Below, one piece after another: positions 58,741 through 64,000 of a stretch of 64,000 bases of DNA. The DNA is taken from assembly GCA_963662715.1 (NCBI GenBank), contig OY759724.1, positions 3,044,982 to 3,108,981 on the forward strand, given 5' to 3'. This stretch comes from Candidatus Omnitrophota bacterium. Its GTDB lineage: Bacteria; Omnitrophota; Gorgyraeia; Zapsychrales; JANLHA01. Under the pieces are notes generated by a model, which was not told the DNA's origin, did not search any database, and worked only from the letters and a program-made list of their open reading frames with translations. The position numbers and the translations under genes were made by a program. Every line of letters begins with the position of its first letter. Position 1 is the first letter of the stretch.

Positions 58741-59145
58741 ATGTCTGATGTTTTTCTAGGATTAGGCTCCAATTTAGGAGACCGGCGCGGCAACATTGTT
58801 CAGGCTCTGAACAGGCTGAAACAATGCGGGATTTCTGTCGAACGCGTTTCGACGATTATTGAGACAGCGCCCCAGGGAGGCCCTCCTCAAAGCCCGTATC
58901 TTAATGCCGTTATAAAAGGGCAAACCGACCTCAGGCCGGAACTGCTTTTAAAAACGGTTAAAGATATCGAAAGGGAATTAGGACGAACGCCCTCGGTCCG
59001 CAACGGTCCGCGGATCATTGATATAGATATTTTATTGTATGACGACATCAAAATAAACACAGATGATCTGACGATCCCTCATCCTCGCATGAAAGAGCGT
59101 TCCTTTGTTATGATCCCCCTCAGTGAAATCATGGATACAACATAA
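58741..59145 (+). CDS. folK: 2-amino-4-hydroxy-6-hydroxymethyldihydropteridine pyrophosphokinase (HPPK)
   Basis: 134 aa; all HPPK blocks present (LGLGSNLGD, GPRIIDIDILL, TIPHPRM, FVMIPL). Confidence 0.9.
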   Translation: MSDVFLGLGSNLGDRRGNIVQALNRLKQCGISVERVSTIIETAPQGGPPQSPYLNAVIKGQTDLRPELLLKTVKDIERELGRTPSVRNGPRIIDIDILLYDDIKINTDDLTIPHPRMKERSFVMIPLSEIMDTT

Positions 59146-59339
59146 TGCAGAAAACCATGATTCCTTGGCACAGACAGATTTGTCAGTGACAAGCAATTTT
59201 AACGACCTCTAAATCCATCGAGGAAAGTTAAAATCCTTTTTATTAAATTCAGAAAAGCCAAGATTTCCTGGCAGAGACATGTCTGATATACTATGATAAT
59301 GTAAAGTTATCGTTCAAAATCGTCCGGAAAAATTCCGAC

Positions 59340-60191
59340 ATGAAAATCATATCGCACCCCAAAACACTTCAAAAAATCATCTCCCAATCCCGCAGGAGGG
59401 GCAAGTCGGTTGGGTTTGTGCCGACCATGGGATATCTTCACGAAGGGCATATATCCCTCATTAAAAAATGCCGTCGAGAAAATGACATTGCTGTCCTGAG
59501 TATTTTTATTAATCCCGCACAGTTCGGCCCGGGGGAAGATTTTCAGATTTATCCTCGAGACAAAAAAAACGATGTTTTATTGGCAAAAAAAGAAAATATT
59601 GATATAATATTTTATCCGTCGGTGGAAATGATGTATGCGGGTCGCTATTTGACATATATCGAGGTGGAAGACATCACAAAGATTCTTTGCGGCGCCTCCC
59701 GTCCAGGCCATTTCCGGGGAGTGACAACAATCGTCGGGAAATTATTAAATATCGTGCAGCCCCAACGCATGTATTTGGGCCAAAAGGACGCACAACAATG
59801 CGTTGTCATAAAACAAATGGTTAAAGACCTGCATTTTCCTGTTCAGGTGAAAGTCCTCCCGACAGTACGGGAAAGAGACGGCCTGGCCTTGAGTTCACGG
59901 AACTGTTATTTAAGTGCAACCGAAAGGGAAGAAGCGGCTGTTTTATACAAAACCTTAAAAAGTGCGAGACAAAAAATTCTGGACGGGGAGAAGGATGCCA
60001 AAAAGATATGTCGATATATGAGAGTAAAAATAGGACGCGAATGTCATGCCAACATCGACTATATTGCCTGTGTCGACGCTGAGACCTTGCAATCCGTATC
60101 TTCTATTGAAAAGACTGTTGTTTTAGCCTTGGCCGTAAAATTCCGGCATGCACGGCTTATTGATAACGTGACGGTTCATTTAAAGCATTAA
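59340..60191 (+). CDS. panC: Pantoate-beta-alanine ligase PanC
   Basis: 283 aa; ..VPTMGYLHEGH.. HIGH-class motif and downstream blocks. Confidence 0.9.
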   Translation: MKIISHPKTLQKIISQSRRRGKSVGFVPTMGYLHEGHISLIKKCRRENDIAVLSIFINPAQFGPGEDFQIYPRDKKNDVLLAKKENIDIIFYPSVEMMYAGRYLTYIEVEDITKILCGASRPGHFRGVTTIVGKLLNIVQPQRMYLGQKDAQQCVVIKQMVKDLHFPVQVKVLPTVRERDGLALSSRNCYLSATEREEAAVLYKTLKSARQKILDGEKDAKKICRYMRVKIGRECHANIDYIACVDAETLQSVSSIEKTVVLALAVKFRHARLIDNVTVHLKH

Positions 60192-60207
60192 TTCTTTCTG
60201 AAATTAT

Positions 60208-61056
60208 ATGAGAATGACTGTTGTGGAAGAAGAAACAACCACGCAACTAAAGAAAATAAGCATTCTGGGATGCGGGGCCATTGGCTCAGGAATAGCCAAA
60301 GCCGTTGAACAAGATTTAAAACACCTTTGTTGCCTGACAGGACTTTACGATATCAACAAGGAAAAAATAACAAGACTGGAAAAATCCTTAAACAGGGATA
60401 ATCTGGTCCGGGAATCTTTAGAAGAACTGCTTTTGGACTGCGACATCCTCGTTGAAGCCGTAAACTCATCAGATACTCATTCCCTGATTCGAAGATCCTT
60501 AGAAGCAAAAAAAGATGTATTAACTATGAGCGTCGGGAAACTTCTCAACGCTAAAGATTTATTTCATTTAGCCCGGGAAAATCGCTGTTCCCTGATTATC
60601 CCCTCGGGAGCCATCGCCGGAATTGATGCGATAAAGTCAGCTTGTCTCGTCCCTGTTGAAAAAATCACCCTCACGACTCGGAAACCCATATCAGGATTCT
60701 CAAACAATTCTTATATTAAAGACAAAGGAATCGATCTCGACGCCATTGAAGGAGAAAGACTTATTTTTGAAGGAAGCGTGGATGATGCCGTTCGATATTT
60801 CCCCCGGAACATCAATGTAGCAGCTACTTTGGCTTTAGCCTCTGAGGCAAAGAACAAAATTACGATTCGGATTATTACATCCCCGGAATACACCATCAAT
60901 TCCCATGAAATTGATATTAAGGGTGACTTTGGACATATGATCAGCCGCACGGAAAATGTCATCTCCCCTGATAATCCTAAAACAAGTTATTTAGCCGTTC
61001 TCTCAGCCATTCAGACCCTTAAGGAATTCTGCAGCGGGGTTCGTATTGGAACTTGA
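60208..61056 (+). CDS. nadX: L-aspartate dehydrogenase-like (NadX/DUF108 family)
   Basis: 282 aa; ILGCGAIGSGIA Rossmann motif and C-terminal Asp-DH domain blocks. Confidence 0.7.
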   Translation: MRMTVVEEETTTQLKKISILGCGAIGSGIAKAVEQDLKHLCCLTGLYDINKEKITRLEKSLNRDNLVRESLEELLLDCDILVEAVNSSDTHSLIRRSLEAKKDVLTMSVGKLLNAKDLFHLARENRCSLIIPSGAIAGIDAIKSACLVPVEKITLTTRKPISGFSNNSYIKDKGIDLDAIEGERLIFEGSVDDAVRYFPRNINVAATLALASEAKNKITIRIITSPEYTINSHEIDIKGDFGHMISRTENVISPDNPKTSYLAVLSAIQTLKEFCSGVRIGT

Positions 61057-61087
61057 TTTAAATATTTTTTAGAAAGGAGGTGAAAAC

Positions 61088-61471
61088 ATGGCCAAGAAGG
61101 TAGCTAAAGTTGGAGTCAAAAAAGAAAAGGGATACCTTTACTTTGTAGACAAAGACGGTGATGTTTCTTGCGCGATTATGGCTCGAGGCAATAAAAAAGG
61201 AGGCAAGCCGAAAAAAGTCGCTAAGGTCGGCATCAAGAAAGAAGTAGGTTACCTGTATTTTATTGATAAGAATGGTGATATCGCATGTGCAAAGATGGTC
61301 CGCGGTGGATCAAAGAAGAAAAAGACGACTAAAAAGGCTTCTGCCAAGAAAGCAGCCAAGAAGAAAGTAGCCAAGAAGAAAGTAGCTAAGAAGAAAGTGG
61401 CTAAAAAGAAGAAAAAAGTGGCATCCTCCAAGAAAAAGAAACCAGCCAAGAAAACCGCGAAAAGGAAATAA
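61088..61471 (+). CDS. Lysine-rich histone-H1/AlgP-like nucleoid-associated protein with duplicated N-terminal domain
   Basis: 127 aa; two about 35-aa repeats KKVAKVG(V/I)KKE(K/V)GYLYF(V/I)DK(D/N)GD(V/I)(S/A)CA(I/K)M(A/V)RG, then a KK(K)VA-repeat basic tail; AGGAGG SD upstream. Confidence 0.7.
   Translation: MAKKVAKVGVKKEKGYLYFVDKDGDVSCAIMARGNKKGGKPKKVAKVGIKKEVGYLYFIDKNGDIACAKMVRGGSKKKKTTKKASAKKAAKKKVAKKKVAKKKVAKKKKKVASSKKKKPAKKTAKRK
61355..61414 (+). repeat. Four tandem 15-bp repeats GCCAAGAAGAAAGTA (coding KKVAK units)
   Basis: Units at 61355-69, 61370-84, 61385-99 (1-2 mismatches) and a degenerate fourth at 61400-14. Confidence 0.7.
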
Positions 61472-61484
61472 GTCGTTGAAGCCC

Positions 61485-61520
61485 GAATAGCCCCTGTTAC
61501 TCATATAACAGGGGCTATTC
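61485..61520 (+). terminator. Perfect 15-bp inverted repeat hairpin downstream of the histone-like gene / upstream of uvrA
   Basis: GAATAGCCCCTGTTA-CTCATA-TAACAGGGGCTATTC; weak T tract after it. Could be a terminator or a protein-binding palindrome (contains CTGT-N10-ACAG). An extended -10 TGTATAAT follows at 61553-61560. Confidence 0.5.
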
Positions 61521-61602
61521 TTAGATTGTTCTTCCCCTTATTTCTAGTCGATTGTATAATAATTCCAATTATTAATATTAATTCAGGGTCAGATGATTAT
61601 CG

Positions 61603-64000
61603 ATGCTGCATGATTCAATCATAATAACAAATGCCAAAGAGCATAATCTCAAGAACCTTTCCCTTACGCTACCGCGCAATAAATTCATCGTTGTGACAGG
61701 CCTCAGCGGTTCGGGGAAATCGTCTCTGGCCTTTGATACGATTTATGCCGAAGGGCAAAGGCGATACGTTGAAAGTCTTTCGGCCTATGCCCGGCAATTC
61801 CTTGAACAGCTGCGAAAGCCGGATGTGGAATCCATTACAGGGTTGTCCCCGACCATTTCCATCGAACAGAAAACGATAAGCCACAACCCCCGGTCCACCG
61901 TAGCGACCCAGACGGAAATTTATGATTATTTGAGAGTCCTCTTCGCGAGGGTCGGAGTCCCATACTGCCATCAATGCGGCCGGCAAATTCAACAGCAATC
62001 GGTTGAAGAAATCGTTCAGCAGCTCATGAAACTGGAAGAAGGGACCCCCCTGATAATCCTGGCCCCGCTTATCCGCGGAAGAAAAGGAGAATACCGCGAC
62101 ATTCAAAAACAGGTCAGCAAAGCCGGTTTTGTCAGAATGCGTATTGACGGCCAGATGACCGATGTCCAGGATAAAATCAAGTTAGATAAATATAAAATTC
62201 ATCATATCGAAATCGTTGTCGACCGGTTAACCGTCAAATCCTCCGTAAAAAAGCGCTTAACTGATTCTTTGGAAACGGCGCTGAAAGTCGGCAAAGGCAT
62301 CGTCATGGCCGACTTCAATCAGAAATACCCTGAAAAAATTTTTAGCGAAAATTATTCCTGTGTTCACTGCGGGATTAATTTGACAGAAATTGAACCGCGG
62401 ATTTTTTCTTTCAACTCACCTTACGGAGCCTGTCCCGATTGCAACGGCCTGGGGATCAAAATGGAAATTGATCCGGAATTTCTTATTGATGACCCCGCAA
62501 AACCATGGATTAATGCCATCGCGCCATGGAGAAAAGGCCGGCGGAATTACCTCATGTACTACAGGGCCGTCATGAGGGAGATCGCCGCGATCTATGATGT
62601 CGATCCGGCGCTTCCTTATAAAAACACCACCAAAGCCTTCAAAAAAGTTATTCTTTGGGGGTCTGGCGATGAGGTGTGGGGAAAGCCTTTTGAAGGGATA
62701 TTAAAGTATATGAAAAGGCTTTTTGAAGAGACGGACAGCGACTGGCTCAAGGACGAGATATCCAGATACATGTCCGCATCCCCTTGTCCCACCTGCAAGG
62801 GAGACCGCTTGAGAAAAGAGTCCCTGGCTATTAAAATTCACGGGATAAACATCGCCCAGGTTTGTGCCATGTCCATAAAGGAGGCCCGGAACTATTTTCA
62901 CGATCTCAAATTAAACAAAACACAACAACACATCAGTGAACCGGTGGTCAAGGAAATCATCCGGCGTATCGATTTTTGCATGAACGTCGGGCTGGAATAC
63001 CTGACGCTGAACAGGAAAAGTTCGACCCTCTCGGGAGGAGAAGCGGAACGCATCCGCTTAGCCACTCAAGTGGGTTCCGGGCTCGTGGGGGTTGTTTATA
63101 TTTTAGATGAACCCAGCATCGGACTCCATCAAAAAGACAATGAACGCCTGCTGTCCACGCTGCAGTCCCTGAGGGATTTAGGAAACACTCTTATTGTTGT
63201 GGAACATGATGAAGCCACCATACGGGCCGCTGATTACATTGTAGACCTGGGGCCGGGAGCCGGGGAATTCGGAGGAGAGCTGACATATGCCGGTGATATA
63301 AAAGGCTTACTGACCTCGAAACGCTCCCTTACCGGAAAATATCTCCGCGGAGAATACCAGATCCCGATACCGATCAAGAGGCAAGTGACCAAAGAAACCC
63401 CGTATCTGGCCATCACCGGAGCCAGAGAGAACAATTTAAAAAATATCACGGTAAAATTTCCTCTGGGCAAGTTTGTGTGTATTACAGGCGTTTCCGGATC
63501 CGGGAAGTCCACACTCGTCGATGAAATCCTTTACAAAGCCCTGGCACAAAAATTATACAAATCACGCGATAAGCCGGGACGTTTCCGGCAAATCAAAGGG
63601 ATCGAACACATTGACAAAGTTATTGAGGTGGATCAGACACCTATCGGGCGCACGCCCCGGTCTAATCCCGCGACATACACCGGAGTCTTCAGCCATATCC
63701 GTGATCTGTTCAGCCGCCTTCCGGCATCCAAAATGAGAGGCTTCAAACCCGGACGTTTCAGCTTCAACGTTAAGGGGGGGCGCTGTGAGGCGTGCCGGGG
63801 AGACGGGATCAAGAAAATCGAAATGCATTTTTTGCCGGATGTTTATGTGGAATGTGAAGTCTGCCACGGGCAACGCTTTAACACCCAGACTCTTGACATC
63901 TTTTATCGTGATAAAAATATCTCCGATATCCTTAATATTTCCGTCGATGAAGCCCTCGACTTTTTTAATAATGTCCCGCGGATCAAGAATATTCTGCAGA
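61603..64000 (+). CDS. uvrA: Excinuclease ABC subunit UvrA (5' portion; continues beyond the window)
   Basis: [53 protein letters not shown]; zinc-finger Cys pairs; second ABC module begins near the window end. Confidence 0.95.
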   Translation, partial: MLHDSIIITNAKEHNLKNLSLTLPRNKFIVVTGLSGSGKSSLAFDTIYAEGQRRYVESLSAYARQFLEQLRKPDVESITGLSPTISIEQKTISHNPRSTVATQTEIYDYLRVLFARVGVPYCHQCGRQIQQQSVEEIVQQLMKLEEGTPLIILAPLIRGRKGEYRDIQKQVSKAGFVRMRIDGQMTDVQDKIKLDKYKIHHIEIVVDRLTVKSSVKKRLTDSLETALKVGKGIVMADFNQKYPEKIFSENYSCVHCGINLTEIEPRIFSFNSPYGACPDCNGLGIKMEIDPEFLIDDPAKPWINAIAPWRKGRRNYLMYYRAVMREIAAIYDVDPALPYKNTTKAFKKVILWGSGDEVWGKPFEGILKYMKRLFEETDSDWLKDEISRYMSASPCPTCKGDRLRKESLAIKIHGINIAQVCAMSIKEARNYFHDLKLNKTQQHISEPVVKEIIRRIDFCMNVGLEYLTLNRKSSTLSGGEAERIRLATQVGSGLVGVVYILDEPSIGLHQKDNERLLSTLQSLRDLGNTLIVVEHDEATIRAADYIVDLGPGAGEFGGELTYAGDIKGLLTSKRSLTGKYLRGEYQIPIPIKRQVTKETPYLAITGARENNLKNITVKFPLGKFVCITGVSGSGKSTLVDEILYKALAQKLYKSRDKPGRFRQIKGIEHIDKVIEVDQTPIGRTPRSNPATYTGVFSHIRDLFSRLPASKMRGFKPGRFSFNVKGGRCEACRGDGIKKIEMHFLPDVYVECEVCHGQRFNTQTLDIFYRDKNISDILNISVDEALDFFNNVPRIKNILQ

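Noticed and set aside
61485-61520. LexA (SOS) box upstream of uvrA
   Set aside because: The palindrome contains CTGT...ACAG but with 10-nt spacing instead of 8, and flanking bases do not fit the E. coli-type consensus. It is kept only as a low-confidence alternative to a terminator.
1-64000. CRISPR arrays, rRNA genes, IS elements with terminal inverted repeats
   Set aside because: No regularly spaced direct repeats with unique spacers were found. The only short-period repeats are the coding 15-bp Lys/Ala repeats at 61355-61414 and the iteron cluster at 14271-14355. There are no rRNA-like stretches and no transposase ORFs.

Overview
The window falls into two compositionally distinct halves. 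Positions 1 to about 17.15 kb are AT-rich (spot counts on 60-nt lines give roughly 28-45% GC); 17.2-64 kb is GC-richer (spot counts 48-55%). The AT-rich half is one long co-directional (+ strand) cluster of thiol/redox genes. It encodes methionine aminopeptidase, an HD-domain hydrolase, a NUDIX hydrolase, a B12/radical-SAM enzyme, three or more thioredoxin-fold proteins, a thioredoxin-reductase-like flavoprotein, an HdrA-like, HdrC-like and HdrB-like trio with a canonical acyl carrier protein inserted between them, YggS, a methyltransferase, a CoA-binding protein, a TsaA-like protein and a flavodoxin-like protein. This half ends in a 590-bp non-coding stretch carrying TGTTTAACA iteron-like palindromes, followed by an integration module: two small hypothetical ORFs, a small HTH (excisionase-like) gene, and a 550-aa large serine recombinase. 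The last 79 nt of the recombinase ORF overlap the 5' end of miaB, exactly where base composition switches. The GC-richer half is ordinary, densely packed core metabolism, almost all on the + strand. It contains miaB, a PEP-CTERM protein, nadA, metX-metW, a 4-OT tautomerase, an LhgO-like oxidase, nfu, an Rrf2-family regulator followed by sufBCDS and sufU (sufS has a 1-nt frameshift in a G4 run), murB, a ferredoxin, ispH, ispG, bcp, a PHP phosphatase, a pterin cluster (folE, an SDR, folB and a folK-like gene), fxsA, rlpA, fabG-acpP-fabF, a leuB-like gene, asd, truA, rplM-rpsI, a long argCJBDFGH-lysA-dapFAB-dapL supercluster, a second canonical folK, panC, an aspartate-dehydrogenase-like (nadX) gene, a lysine-rich histone-H1-like protein with internal repeats, and the 5' part of uvrA. 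No CRISPR array, rRNA or convincing tRNA was seen. The most notable observations are the recombinase-bounded compositional junction at miaB (horizontally acquired island or chimeric assembly), the Hdr-like/thioredoxin/ACP redox cluster, and the repeat-containing histone-like protein next to uvrA.
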